A stretch of 64,000 bases of DNA, from positions 3,523-67,522 of the forward strand of contig JAPKBZ010000015.1 of the NCBI GenBank assembly GCA_028823175.1. The letters run 5' to 3'. Positions 19,901 through 33,224 of this stretch are shown here, one piece after another (position 1 is the stretch's first letter; the number at the start of each line of letters is the position of its first letter). The position numbers and the translations under genes were made by a program. The DNA is from Myxococcota bacterium. Lineage in GTDB: Bacteria; Myxococcota_A; UBA9160; UBA4427. The notes under the pieces are model-generated. The model saw only the letters and a list, made by a program, of their open reading frames with translations, made no database searches and had not been told where the DNA came from.

Positions 19901-20138
19901 CACCACAGTGACCACCGTGGCAGGCCTGCTCCCCATGGCGATGGGGCTCTCGGGGGTCTCCACGGTCTTCGGTCCCTTCGCGGCGGCCATCGTCGCCGGC
20001 CTCTGCGTCGCCAGCCTGCTCACCCTCTTTGCCGTCCCTTCCCTCTATCTCGCCGTCGAGGGGGTGCGGTTCAGGGTGATGAGCCGATTGGGGCGTGGCG
20101 TCGCTTCGGGATCCGACCTCATCGCCCCGGGCGCCTGA
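16938..20138 (+). CDS. RND efflux permease (AcrB/AcrD/AcrF superfamily)
   Basis: 1066 aa, PGASADEVERLVT, NINLPGG, two TM bundles, RRFRAVLLTTVTTVAGLLPM; GTGA overlap with the adaptor gene. Confidence 0.95.
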   Translation: MSLIRFSARQVVLVNLSFVVLMLAGVLVSSRIPVDVFPDISFNSAILVTPWPGASADEVERLVTRKIEEEVRDIVGIKEWYSFSSEGLSEINIEWEETLSKFEQQAALNELRAAIDRVADLPSDVDESILRELSVSEVSNICMITLTDHGGIGEYTLRELARNLERKAERIDGVRKGKLMGARDRELRVYVDKDKAQQFDITLEEISGAIARNNINLPGGTFSGESERETTVRGLGNFVSPEGLANTVIRKNRDGHHTTLAEIAEVVPDFEKRRSFGYLDGRPAILIGISKNSGSDIGEVVGRIRELVNQESPKLPEGVEARVIWDESTFVKKRIGILRDNLALGVCFVVFVLWLTVGFRNSLLAILGIPFSFLVALLIFPTLGITINLLSLVGFVMVSGMLVSDAIIVIENIYQYIEAGESVVDATIKGAEEVMWPVISAVCTTIAAFVPMLLVTGTSGQFMSILPKTVIACLAASLIECLLVLPAHYIDWGSRSKAGDAQAKAESTKGLRAWSHLLRSRTDSTIDSLRNAYVRGLERVLAHRGAFLLTCLGAFIFAQGLSTRVPVDLFPSDFNQLFVSIETPVDFSIEESNKVILGLEAALEPLAHEFLSVSTYVGQGMSAEERPVFGSNYGVFYVSFKDSQENIADPGRMVRLVRETLGEYRAENPYGIQKLIVVPPRNGPPIGKPVAVRVVSEDYDRAKQIASSMKIELANMPGVFNIEDNMPLGRRELRVGLDDYRASLHGVSFDRIGIALRGANDGLVPSTYKDPLSDEDVDIRVLLREEQRSSAADLIDVELRTPGQYNVKIGDVGTIDMSRGYQRLYHYDAQRAVVVYADVDNRLATSVSANESLRARFSDTAQQNPGMNLVFGGEYQETNQAFADMGRALIVALIAIYTILAAQFRSYIQPLVVMCVIVFAYIGVILGMYLWGYSLSMYVLYALVGLAGIVVNDSLVLIDFVNKERERGTPALEAVLIAGRRRFRAVLLTTVTTVAGLLPMAMGLSGVSTVFGPFAAAIVAGLCVASLLTLFAVPSLYLAVEGVRFRVMSRLGRGVASGSDLIAPGA

Positions 20139-20278
20139 GGCAAAAGCGAAAATGGACTCCTGGGCGGGTGCGCGATTCGGTACCTGTGCGAGAATAGGCC
20201 CCCAACCAATCGCCGCGCGCGCGCCGCAAACGCCCTGATTCCTCGGCGTCCCCGGCCCCCCAAACAGGAGATTTCCCC

Positions 20279-21295
20279 ATGTCATCCCTCAAACTCGGCC
20301 TCCAACTCGGCTACTGGGGGGCTCAGCCGCCCACCAACCTGATCGAAATCGCCAAGGAAGCCGAGACCCTCGGCTACGATTCGCTGTGGACCGCCGAGGC
20401 ATGGGGCTCCGACGCATTCACGCCCCTGGCCTATGTCGCGGCCCACACATCGCGCATCAAGCTGGGCACCGCTGTCGTACAACTCTCGGCCCGCACGCCC
20501 ACGGCGACCGCGATGGCAACTCTGACCCTCGACCACCTCTCCAAGGGGCGGGTGATTCTCGGCCTCGGCGTCTCGGGTCCCCAGGTGGTGGAGGGGTGGT
20601 ACGGCCAACCCTTTTCGAAACCCCTGGCCCGCACCCGGGAGTACATCGACATCATTCGCCAGGTCTTGCGCCGGGAAGCCCCGGTCACGAGCCCGGGGCC
20701 CCACTACCCCCTCCCCTACAGCGGGGAAGGCGCTTGGGGGCTCGGAAAGCCGCTGCGCGCCATCACCCATCCCCTGCGCGCCGACGTCCCGATCTTCATG
20801 GGCGCCGAGGGCCCCAAGAACGTCGCCCTCGCCGCCGAAATCGCTGACGGCTGGCTGCCCCTCTATTACTCGCCCTTCCGTCAGGAGGTTTACGCCGACT
20901 CCCTGAAGGATCGCAAGGCCGATTTCCAGATCAGCCAATTCGTGATCTGCAATGTCGACGAGGACCTCGAGCGCGCCCTGACGCCCGTCAAGGCCATGCT
21001 CGGGTTTTACATCGGCGGGATGGGAGCCAAGAAGCGGAACTTCCACATGGAACTCATGGCCCGCATGGGATTCGAGGCCGAGGCTCACAAGATCCAGGAT
21101 CTCTTCATGGATGGAAAGCGCGCCGAGGCCATCGCAGCTGTTCCCGATCAATTTGCCGATGAAGTTTCCCTGTGCGGATCTGTAGACCGAATCCGGGACC
21201 GCCTGGGCGCCTGGCGCGAAACCCCCGTCACAACCCTGCTGGTAGCCAGCCAGGATGTCGAAGTCATGCGCGTCATGGCAGAGATCAACGGCTAG
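20279..21295 (+). CDS. LLM-class, probably F420-dependent oxidoreductase (Rv3520c-like)
   Basis: KLGLQLGYWGAQPP, WTAEAWGSDAF, LGLGVSGPQVVEGWYG, GAEGPKNVALAAEIADGW; CAGGAG RBS. Confidence 0.9.
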   Translation: MSSLKLGLQLGYWGAQPPTNLIEIAKEAETLGYDSLWTAEAWGSDAFTPLAYVAAHTSRIKLGTAVVQLSARTPTATAMATLTLDHLSKGRVILGLGVSGPQVVEGWYGQPFSKPLARTREYIDIIRQVLRREAPVTSPGPHYPLPYSGEGAWGLGKPLRAITHPLRADVPIFMGAEGPKNVALAAEIADGWLPLYYSPFRQEVYADSLKDRKADFQISQFVICNVDEDLERALTPVKAMLGFYIGGMGAKKRNFHMELMARMGFEAEAHKIQDLFMDGKRAEAIAAVPDQFADEVSLCGSVDRIRDRLGAWRETPVTTLLVASQDVEVMRVMAEING

Positions 21296-21342
21296 GAACC
21301 GATGATCATGGGAGAGAGCCGACCAGGAAGAGAGAAAGACCG

Positions 21343-22224
21343 ATGAGCCCCCGCGCCTCTGGTTCGGGGTGGGGCAGATCCTATCGCCTGGCGGAGTTCT
21401 TCGGGATCGAAGTGTTCATTCACTGGACCTTCGCCGCGCTGATCGGATTCGTGGCGCTCTCCGTCCTCGCACAAACAGGATCCCTTGCCGCCGTAGGGAG
21501 TGTCCTAATCCCCCTAGTCCTGGCCTTCGGCTGCGTGGTCCTTCACGAATATGGCCACGCACTCACGGCAAGATTTTTTGGGATCCAGACCCGAGGAATC
21601 ACGCTGCTGCCCATTGGCGGGATCGCGGAACTCCAACGCAGCCCGAGTAACCCGAAGCAAGAGTTGGTGATCGCCCTGGCCGGGCCCGCCGTGAATTTCG
21701 CGCTCGCGGCTCTACTCATCGCCCTCCTGTGGGGCAGCAATTCCGGGCAGCAACTTTTGCTGGACGGAAGGATGGATTTCTCGGTGCTCGAATGGCTGAT
21801 CAGACTCAATCTTCTCCTGGGAACATTCAACCTGCTGCCGGCGCTACCCATGGACGGAGGAAGGATTCTACGGGCAGGCCTTTCCCTGAAGATGCCCGCG
21901 CTAAGGGCAACGCGGATCTCCGCGACCGTCGCCCGAGGCATCGCCGCCCTGATGGTGATCTTCGGCCTCGGACGGGGCGAGTGGATGATCGCCTTCATCG
22001 GCTTCTTCATCTGGACCGCAGCCCGCACCGAACTCAGGCAAGCCGCCGCCTTGAGCAATCGGAGCGCCCGCCTGCGGCGCACTGAATCGCCAGAGGATCC
22101 CCCGGGCACGTCATCCCGGGCGCAGCAAGGCAACGCTCAAATCGTCGAAATCGAGCTGGGTGAGGGGGCCACGGGCGAGTGGGACCTGCCGCACTCAGAC
22201 CATCGTTCCCGACGGCCCGAGTAA
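21343..22224 (+). CDS. Site-2 protease (peptidase M50) family membrane metalloprotease
   Basis: LHEYGH, IALAGPAVN, FNLLPALPMDGGRI. Confidence 0.93.
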   Translation: MSPRASGSGWGRSYRLAEFFGIEVFIHWTFAALIGFVALSVLAQTGSLAAVGSVLIPLVLAFGCVVLHEYGHALTARFFGIQTRGITLLPIGGIAELQRSPSNPKQELVIALAGPAVNFALAALLIALLWGSNSGQQLLLDGRMDFSVLEWLIRLNLLLGTFNLLPALPMDGGRILRAGLSLKMPALRATRISATVARGIAALMVIFGLGRGEWMIAFIGFFIWTAARTELRQAAALSNRSARLRRTESPEDPPGTSSRAQQGNAQIVEIELGEGATGEWDLPHSDHRSRRPE

Positions 22225-22332
22225 CCGATCTGGTACTTGCTCTGACTATTGGATTAGAACGCGGAGCGAGGCATTCCGCTCGAACGAACGGGGCGGGACC
22301 TTCACGGTCCTAGCGCACCGGAGCCTGAGGGA

Positions 22333-22536
22333 TCAGACTGCGCGAACGTTCTGGGCCTCTGGGCCCTTCTGGCCCTGAGCAGCATCGAACTCCACTGCCT
22401 GACCGTCTTGCAGATTTCGAAAACCCTCACCGACGATGTTGGAGTAATGGACAAACAGGTCCTTATCTCCATCTTCCGGTGTGATGAATCCGTACCCCTT
22501 TTGCTCACTGAACCACTTGACTGTGCCGTTGGCCAA
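22333..22536 (-). CDS. Cold-shock protein (CspA family)
   Basis: AAGGAG RBS and TTG start; [17 protein letters not shown] (RNP1), LFVHYS (RNP2), KGPEAQNV. Confidence 0.96.
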   Translation of the reverse strand: MANGTVKWFSEQKGYGFITPEDGDKDLFVHYSNIVGEGFRNLQDGQAVEFDAAQGQKGPEAQNVRAV

Positions 22537-22584
22537 ACTTCTGTTCTCCTTGGTAATTTCTAACTTCCGGAGCCTTCCTCTAGA

Positions 22585-22640
22585 AGTCACTTTATAATCC
22601 TACTGTCTACTGCAAAAAAAAGCGTCCAAAAAAAAGTGAG
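22585..22640 (-). promoter_or_regulatory. AT-rich probable csp promoter with two T8 tracts (UP element-like)
   Basis: Minus strand TTTTTTTTGGACGCTTTTTTTTGCAGTAGACAGTAGGATTATAAAGT; the -35/-10 spacing is not canonical. Confidence 0.4.
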
Positions 22641-22993
22641 GTCCGGAAAAACTACGGCCACAAGGCATGAACTTTTCGCCTCTTCCCGGCTCAATCAAAG
22701 AGAGCTGAATCGTTGCCGACAGAGGAGGGACGCCTCACGAGAAGAAACACCAACTCCACCTGAAGGGCTCTAGAGAGTGGCTTTAGAGCGAGTTCGCTAA
22801 AAGTTGGGAGGGAAATGATACGTTTCTTCCCATGATGTTCGGTCATCGAATCAAATCGGCGGGTGGATAAAGACAACCGACTGACGAGCACGACGCGCAG
22901 GCGATACGCCGCTTGCCATCGAAGTTAACGGTATCCTGTCGGCGACGCGATCGAGTGTCGCCCCTGACTTGTGCCGAACCTGACACAGAATAG

Positions 22994-27003
<4,010 letters not shown>

Positions 27004-27008
27004 GGATG

Positions 27009-27965
27009 CTACCGGGGAGCCAAGTCTCGAATGGACTGTTTAAGATCGCCGGTATGGAGGATCGCCAGAGCGGGCGTATGAACACCGCTTTCGACGTAGC
27101 GCTGGACATGCTCTCGGCAGGCATCGGGAGAGCCATTCACGATCAGGGCATCGACGACCTCTTCGGGGATCGCCTCGAGGGCCGCCTTCCGATCCCCCTC
27201 CTTCCAGAGCTTCCACATGTCCGCGAGTTGATCGCCACGCCCCAACCATTCGTGGAAAGCCGCATAGACCGGAACATTCAGGTAAGCGGCCACAGCGCGC
27301 CGGCCGATAGCCAGGGCCATCTGCCGATCTTCAACGGGCAGCACAAAAATTCGCGCCACGATCTCCTTGCCCTCGCCCCCCGCGTGAACAAAGGGGGTCA
27401 CCTGTTTCACGTCCTCCGCCGAAAGCCAGTTGAGGATCGCACCGTCGCCTTCGCGGCCGGCGAGTTTGAGCATACCTTCGCGCAGGGCGGCCACCAGGAT
27501 CGGCGGCGGCTCGGGAAGGTTCACTCCCGAGCGGAATCCCTTGACGGTAAAACGCTCGAAAGCCTCATCGACTTTTTCCCCGGCCAGGGCCTTGCGCAGG
27601 AATCGCACCATGTCCCGGACTTGCTGGTAGGGCTGCTCGAAGGGCATCCCATTCCAGCGGCCCACGATCACGTCTGAAGACGCGCCGATCCCCATAACGA
27701 AGCGCCCCGGTGCCGCGTCGGCCAGGGAGGCCACCGACTGAGCCATCAGCGCCGGCCCCCGGGTGTAGGCGGGAATGATAGCCACCCCCAAGCGGGCGGT
27801 AGGCGCCCAGGCCGCGGCCATGGCGAGGGGCGTAAAGCCGTCGTGCGCATTCGCCTCGGACGACCAGAAATCCGTATAGCCCAGGTCGATCATCTCCTTG
27901 AACCAGTCTTCGTGCTCGTGGAGGGGGATCCCTGCCAGAGGAATCGTCATTCCGTAACGCGCCAT
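27009..27965 (-). CDS. LLM-class, probably F420-dependent oxidoreductase
   Basis: GYTDFWSSE..DGFTPLA, APGRFVMGIGASS, AALREGMLKLAGREGDG; ATG overlaps the glnS stop (TAATG). Confidence 0.88.
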   Translation of the reverse strand: MARYGMTIPLAGIPLHEHEDWFKEMIDLGYTDFWSSEANAHDGFTPLAMAAAWAPTARLGVAIIPAYTRGPALMAQSVASLADAAPGRFVMGIGASSDVIVGRWNGMPFEQPYQQVRDMVRFLRKALAGEKVDEAFERFTVKGFRSGVNLPEPPPILVAALREGMLKLAGREGDGAILNWLSAEDVKQVTPFVHAGGEGKEIVARIFVLPVEDRQMALAIGRRAVAAYLNVPVYAAFHEWLGRGDQLADMWKLWKEGDRKAALEAIPEEVVDALIVNGSPDACREHVQRYVESGVHTPALAILHTGDLKQSIRDLAPR

Positions 27966-29659
27966 TATTTCTTCTCCTTCTTGGCAAGCTTCGCCCAGGT
28001 ATCGCGAAGGGTTACCGTTCGATTCACTACCAGACGATCAGCGGCCGAATCCGGATCGACGCAGAAATAGCCAATTCGCTCGAACTGGTAGGAATGGCCC
28101 GGAGAAGCTCCCGCCATGCTCGGCTCCAACTGCGCGTTCTCCACCACCTCAAGGGAATCGGGGTTTAGATGGTCGATAAAATCCTCCCCCTCCTCGAGGG
28201 CCCCGGGTTGCTCGACGGTGAACAAAGCATTGTAGAGCCGCACCTCGGCGGGCACGGCATGGGCGATCGATACCCAGTGAAGCGTGCCCTTGACCTTGCG
28301 ACCGTCCGGGGCGTCGCCCCCGCGCGTCTCGGGGTCGTAGGTGCAGTGCAGCTCGACGATTTCGCCGTCGGCATCCTTGACCACATCGGTGCAGGTGATG
28401 AAATACGCATAGCGGAGCCGAACTTCACGACCCGGACCCAGCCGAAAGAATTTCTTCGGCGGATCCTCCATGAAGTCGTCCCGCTCGATGTAGATCTCCC
28501 TTGAAAAGGGAACCTTGCGCGAGCCCATGCTCGCGTCCTCGGGGCTATTGATCGCGTCGAGTTCGTCGACCTCGCCCTCGGGGAAATTGTCGATCACGAC
28601 CTTCAGCGGGCGCAGCACGCCCATGACACGAGCCGCCCGCACATTGCGATCCTGACGAATGCTGTGCTCCAAGCGAGCGAGTTCGATGGTGTTGTCTCGC
28701 TTGGTCAGACCGATTCCGGCACAGAATTCACGGATCGCCTCCGGGGTATAGCCCCGGCGGCGCAGCCCCCGCAGCGTGGGCATACGCGGGTCGTCCCAGC
28801 CGCTCACGTGCCCCCCGTCGACCAACCGCTTCAGGTTGCGCTTGCTTAGAACCGTGTACGTCAGGTTCAGGCGAGAAAATTCGATCTGCCGGGGCTTCTT
28901 CTCAAATCCCAGGGCATCGACAAACCAGTCGTAGAGCGGCCGGTGGCCGACGAACTCGATGCTGCAGAGCGAGTGGGTGATCTCCTCGATGGCATCGGAC
29001 TGCCCGTGGGCAAAATCATAGAGGGGGTAAATGGGCCAAGTGTCCCCGGTTCGATGATGCCGAGTCTTCTGGATCCGGTACATGATGGGATCGCGCAAGG
29101 TCAGGACCGGCGAGGCCATGTCGATCTTGGCGCGCAGAACCCGGCTCCCCTCGTCGAATTCACCCGCCCTCATCCGGGAGAAGAGGTCGAGATTCTCCTC
29201 GACGTTTCTTTCCCTGAACGGGCTATTCGTGCCGGGTTCGGTGAGGCCCCCCTGATTGGCCCGCATCTGCTGGGCGTCCTGATCGTCCACGAAGGCCAGG
29301 CCCTTTTCGATCAAGCGCGTAGCCATGGCGTAGAGCGATTCAAAATAGTCGGATGTGAAGTGGAGACGATCCCCCCAATCGAAGCCCAACCATTTTACGT
29401 CCTCGATGATGGCGTCGACGTGCTCCTGCTCCTCGGCGCCGGGGTTCGTGTCATCGAAGCGCAAGTTGCAGGTGCCGCCAAACTCCTCGGCGATACTAAA
29501 ATTCAGCGTAATCGCCTTGGCGTGGCCGATATGCAGGGCACCGTTGGGGTGGGGCGGAAAGCGCGTCGCCACCTGGCCGCCGTTGGTTCCCGAGGCAATA
29601 TCTTCGGTCACGATCGCGCGAATGAAATCCCTGGACTCATTGGGTTCGTCGGTGGACAC
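27965..29659 (-). CDS. glnS: Glutaminyl-tRNA synthetase (atypical active-site residues)
   Basis: [69 protein letters not shown]; no C-terminal YqeY extension. Confidence 0.95.
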   Translation of the reverse strand: MSTDEPNESRDFIRAIVTEDIASGTNGGQVATRFPPHPNGALHIGHAKAITLNFSIAEEFGGTCNLRFDDTNPGAEEQEHVDAIIEDVKWLGFDWGDRLHFTSDYFESLYAMATRLIEKGLAFVDDQDAQQMRANQGGLTEPGTNSPFRERNVEENLDLFSRMRAGEFDEGSRVLRAKIDMASPVLTLRDPIMYRIQKTRHHRTGDTWPIYPLYDFAHGQSDAIEEITHSLCSIEFVGHRPLYDWFVDALGFEKKPRQIEFSRLNLTYTVLSKRNLKRLVDGGHVSGWDDPRMPTLRGLRRRGYTPEAIREFCAGIGLTKRDNTIELARLEHSIRQDRNVRAARVMGVLRPLKVVIDNFPEGEVDELDAINSPEDASMGSRKVPFSREIYIERDDFMEDPPKKFFRLGPGREVRLRYAYFITCTDVVKDADGEIVELHCTYDPETRGGDAPDGRKVKGTLHWVSIAHAVPAEVRLYNALFTVEQPGALEEGEDFIDHLNPDSLEVVENAQLEPSMAGASPGHSYQFERIGYFCVDPDSAADRLVVNRTVTLRDTWAKLAKKEKK

Positions 29660-29772
29660 GGAAAACTCTTTCTGACGCGACAGGGAGCCGGGCCTTGCTG
29701 CAGGGGTTAAATCTCAAGCGGGCGAGCTTAGCACCCCCCCCGCCGTAATCAGCAGTCGCCCTCGACCGAGCC

Positions 29773-31572
29773 CTAACGCTTACGCCTCGAGAGCAACCGG
29801 CTTCCCGACCCCAGCAGAAGCGCAGTCCAGACGACCAGCGCCCCGGGCGAGAGCATGGGCAGGGCGACCGGAATGGCCAGGGTCTGCGCGGTATTCACGG
29901 CGCCCCGGGTATGCGGACCCGCAACCGCCCAGCTGAAATCCGAGCCCTGGCTGCCCTGCCCCTGGCGCTGAAGCGAGTGTCCGACGGGCACACCACTGCT
30001 CTCGCTGACCCCGATATCCGTCGATATGAGACCGTCAGCGGGGCCGCCCACCGCGACCACCACGCCCTCGTAGCCCAGGAACTCCACCACGTTTCCCCCC
30101 GGATCCACCAGGGCCAGGGCATCGGCGGGCCCGTTCTGAAGCGAGGTCGGGAAGAAGAAGAGGAAGCCGTAGCCGCTGCCATCATCGGGCAGCACACCAC
30201 TCAAGGCGACGGAGGTGATCACCGCCCCGCCGCTCCCGTTATAGGTCACCAGCTGCCAGCCCGACAAGTCGGTTCCCGCGAGGCCGGCGATCTCGAAGCC
30301 CTCGTCTTGATCGGTGCTGGCATTGTCGTAGTGAATTTCGTTGATCCAGGGCGCCGAATTCACTGCGACGGCCAACTCATTGCTGGGGAGGGACTCCTCG
30401 CCCCCTGCGTTCTCCGCAGTGACGACGTAGTAGTAGAGCCAACCCGACTTCGCTGAGTGGTCGACGAAGTCGCTCGCCGTGAGCAGACCCAGGTGCAGGT
30501 CCACATAGGGCCCACCGGGCGCCAGGCCGCGCTGCAGCCGGTAGCCCGACAGATCGGGTTCCAGGTTGTCGTTCCAATCGAGTTCCACCGGTCCCCCGGT
30601 GGCCAAGGCCTGCAGGCCACTCGGGGCGCCGATCCCCCCGCCCCCGCCGCAGAGGCCCGCAAAGAGACAGGCCGCCCATTCGGGATGGTCGATGAAGGGA
30701 TTGCGATTGCCCTGGTAGGATTCGATGATGTCGTTGCGCGCCTGCTCCCGGGCATCCACCGGGTCCGCCGCGTGCCAGGCCAGCAGAACCGAGAGCTCAC
30801 CCATATAGGCCAGGGAGGCGTTCGTCCCGGTGACGGTCACGAGACTGGCATCATCCGTAAGAACCAGATCCGGCTCCGAGGCCCCGGTCAACCCGTGGTT
30901 TCCCCCCTCGTAGCGCACATCCAGGTACATGAGCGCCCGGGCTACGTCTCCCTGGCGCTCGGACCAGGTCTGCCAGACTCCCGTGGTGGTCCAATTCGAC
31001 TGACCCGGGTAGACACCGCTCGTCCCCCCGACCCCGCCGTTGGCCACGGTCGCGCGCTCGGCGCAAGCGGCATCGCATTGGGCGTAGAGCTTGTTATTGC
31101 GCGAACTGTTGTAGCCCTCGTCGGAAAGAAAGAGGTGGTGGCAATCCGTGTAGGGATAATTGGTACTTCCGTCGTTCGGAAAGCCGTAAGATTTCGGCCA
31201 GGTGTGCTCCCGGTTATACCCTCCTCCGCCGCCGCCATTCTTGGGGAAACTGGCGTTCATATAGACGTCCAGAATCTCTGAGGCGATGGCCGGGTTCTCG
31301 TCGGCCTGCTCGAGAATGTCCCAGGTATCCGTCGCGGTGGAGGTATAGGGAAAGCGTTGGTGATCTTCGATCACTCCGTGAAGGGTGGCCCGCAGGAGCG
31401 CAGAGCTCGAAGCATTGACCGAGGCGTAATAACCCACCGCCGGCACGGCGCGAGCCGGCGAGAGCGGCGCGAGCAGAAAAAGCAGGGCGGCCAGGCACAG
31501 AAGCCGGGGGCCAAGCGATTCGGCGACGAGCGCCGAAAAACGAAACGGGACTAAGGAGCAAGCGAAGGGCAT
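29773..31572 (-). CDS. Secreted endonuclease I/Bsn-family nuclease with FN3 and lamin-tail domains and a C-terminal sorting anchor
   Basis: Signal peptide; REHTWPKS, DCHHL..YNSSRNN, GDVARALMY, QGNRNPFIDHP; Gly linker; FN3 (LDW..GYRLQR..YYYVVTA); LTD (WINEIHYDN); tail LPMLSPGALVVWTALLL..RRKR. Confidence 0.9.
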   Translation of the reverse strand: MPFACSLVPFRFSALVAESLGPRLLCLAALLFLLAPLSPARAVPAVGYYASVNASSSALLRATLHGVIEDHQRFPYTSTATDTWDILEQADENPAIASEILDVYMNASFPKNGGGGGGYNREHTWPKSYGFPNDGSTNYPYTDCHHLFLSDEGYNSSRNNKLYAQCDAACAERATVANGGVGGTSGVYPGQSNWTTTGVWQTWSERQGDVARALMYLDVRYEGGNHGLTGASEPDLVLTDDASLVTVTGTNASLAYMGELSVLLAWHAADPVDAREQARNDIIESYQGNRNPFIDHPEWAACLFAGLCGGGGGIGAPSGLQALATGGPVELDWNDNLEPDLSGYRLQRGLAPGGPYVDLHLGLLTASDFVDHSAKSGWLYYYVVTAENAGGEESLPSNELAVAVNSAPWINEIHYDNASTDQDEGFEIAGLAGTDLSGWQLVTYNGSGGAVITSVALSGVLPDDGSGYGFLFFFPTSLQNGPADALALVDPGGNVVEFLGYEGVVVAVGGPADGLISTDIGVSESSGVPVGHSLQRQGQGSQGSDFSWAVAGPHTRGAVNTAQTLAIPVALPMLSPGALVVWTALLLGSGSRLLSRRKR

Positions 31573-31741
31573 CGACAAGTCGTGGCGGGACCACGCCTCC
31601 TGGCGCCCAGTCTACGTCCTCTAGTCCGTCAATAAAATAGGAACTTTGTTTCGATATCGAACACTTCTGACATATTTCTGGGGTTCGGCCAGAATACTCG
31701 GAAAAGCTGGATAAGAGCCGTCGGGAAGGACCCTTCTCCCC

Positions 31742-32023
31742 ATGCTCGAGTTGCTGCTCTCGCCCTGGCCGGGCCTCTACGGGCTCTTTGTCGCCCTGCC
31801 CCTCGCGGTGGCGGGCGCGCTCATCCTCTCCATCGCTCGGGCCTGCGGCCCCCAGGCGGGGCGCCGAGCCGCGAAGCAGGAATCTTCATCGACGGCTAGT
31901 ATTTCGGCCGAAAAGCATCCCGGCCTTATCCTCCAACAACCGAGCGAGCCCCATGAATTTCCTGAGCCCCGAGCAAATCCAGTCCCTGCGCGCCGAGCAC
32001 GGCACGCCGCTCTACGCCTATGA
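31742..32023 (+). CDS. Possible small membrane protein (doubtful; overlaps the lysA 5' end)
   Basis: ATG start and one hydrophobic segment (GLYGLFVALPLAVAGALILSIA); the rest is low-information. Confidence 0.25.
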   Translation: MLELLLSPWPGLYGLFVALPLAVAGALILSIARACGPQAGRRAAKQESSSTASISAEKHPGLILQQPSEPHEFPEPRANPVPARRARHAALRL

Positions 32024-33203
32024 CCAGCGCAGCCTGGAAGAGGCGGCCCGGGAGGTACTCGCCTTTCCGAACGCCTATGGCCTGACCGCTCGTTATGCCA
32101 TGAAGGCCCTGCCCACCGCCGCGATCGTTCGCCTCTTCAGCGATATGGGCCTTCACATCGACGCCAGCAGCGGCTTCGAAGCCCAGCGCGCCATGCTCGC
32201 TGGGGTGCCCGGGGAGCATATCCAGATCAGCGCCCAAGAATTGCCCCAGGATCTCAAGGGCCTGGTGGACCAGGGCGTCCGTTTCAACGCGTGCTCCCTC
32301 GGCCAGCTCGAGGCCTACGGGCGACTCTTCCCGGGCGGCGAGGTCTCGGTGCGTATCAACCCGGGCCTGGGCACCGGGCACAATAACCGCACCAATACCG
32401 GCGGCCCCGCATCGAGTTTCGGGATCTGGCACGAACACCTCGACCGGGTCCGCGCGATCCAGGAGCAAACGAAGGTGCGTGTCACCCGAATGCATACCCA
32501 TATCGGCTCCGGGGGAGATCCCGAAGCCTGGAAGCATTGCGCCCGACTCTCTCTCGACGTCGCGGCGCAATTGCCCGAAGTCACAACCCTCAACCTGGGG
32601 GGCGGCTTCAAGATCGCTCGCATGCCCGGGGAGATTACCGCCGATCTCCAAGAGATCGGAAATGCCCTACTCGACGATTTTCGCGATTTCAAACGCCAGC
32701 ACGGGCGGGCGCTCCACCTGGAAATCGAGCCCGGCACTTATCTGGTCGCCCGGGCCGGGGCCATCATCGCAGCGGTCACGGACGTCGTCGATACCGGAAG
32801 CGAGGGCTACACCTTTGCCAAGGTAGACACCGGCATGACCGAGTTCCTTCGGCCCAACCTCTACGGCGCCCAGCACCCGATTGCCCTCTTCCCCGGCGAC
32901 GCCGGGGCGAGCCGCGAAGAAATCGACGTGCTGATCGCCGGCCATTGCTGCGAGAGCGGTGACATGATGACCCCCGCACCCGGCGACCCGGAAGGCCTCG
33001 CCCCGCGCCGACTCCCGCGCCCCATCCCCGGCGACTCGCTGGTCATTGGCGGCGCCGGCGCCTACTGCTCGGGGCTGGCGGCGAGCAATTATAATTCTTT
33101 TCCCCAGGCGCCCGAGGTCCTGATCGGACTCGACGGACAGGCCCGGCTGATTCGAAGGCGGCAGAGCCTCGACCAGATTCTCCACAACGAGCTTGACGGC
33201 TAG
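31953..33203 (+). CDS. lysA: Diaminopimelate decarboxylase
   Basis: GTPLYAY, YAMKA (PLP Lys), VRINPG, HTHIGS, NLGGGF, EPGTYLV, CESGD, GAYC..NYNS. Confidence 0.92.
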   Translation: MNFLSPEQIQSLRAEHGTPLYAYDQRSLEEAAREVLAFPNAYGLTARYAMKALPTAAIVRLFSDMGLHIDASSGFEAQRAMLAGVPGEHIQISAQELPQDLKGLVDQGVRFNACSLGQLEAYGRLFPGGEVSVRINPGLGTGHNNRTNTGGPASSFGIWHEHLDRVRAIQEQTKVRVTRMHTHIGSGGDPEAWKHCARLSLDVAAQLPEVTTLNLGGGFKIARMPGEITADLQEIGNALLDDFRDFKRQHGRALHLEIEPGTYLVARAGAIIAAVTDVVDTGSEGYTFAKVDTGMTEFLRPNLYGAQHPIALFPGDAGASREEIDVLIAGHCCESGDMMTPAPGDPEGLAPRRLPRPIPGDSLVIGGAGAYCSGLAASNYNSFPQAPEVLIGLDGQARLIRRRQSLDQILHNELDG

Positions 33204-33224
33204 GGGCGCCCGGAGGGCCACGCG

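Noticed and set aside
18711-20285. Long antisense ORFs (also 32667-34136, 51632-52870, 53620-54939, 62162-63559)
   Set aside because: Shadow frames opposite well-supported genes, expected in high-GC DNA, with no recognisable motifs.
22715-22800. Glycine riboswitch-like words (AGAGGAG, ACACC, CTCTAGAGAG)
   Set aside because: The conserved CCGAAG and CTCTCAGG/TTTCAGG elements are missing and no glycine-metabolism gene follows.
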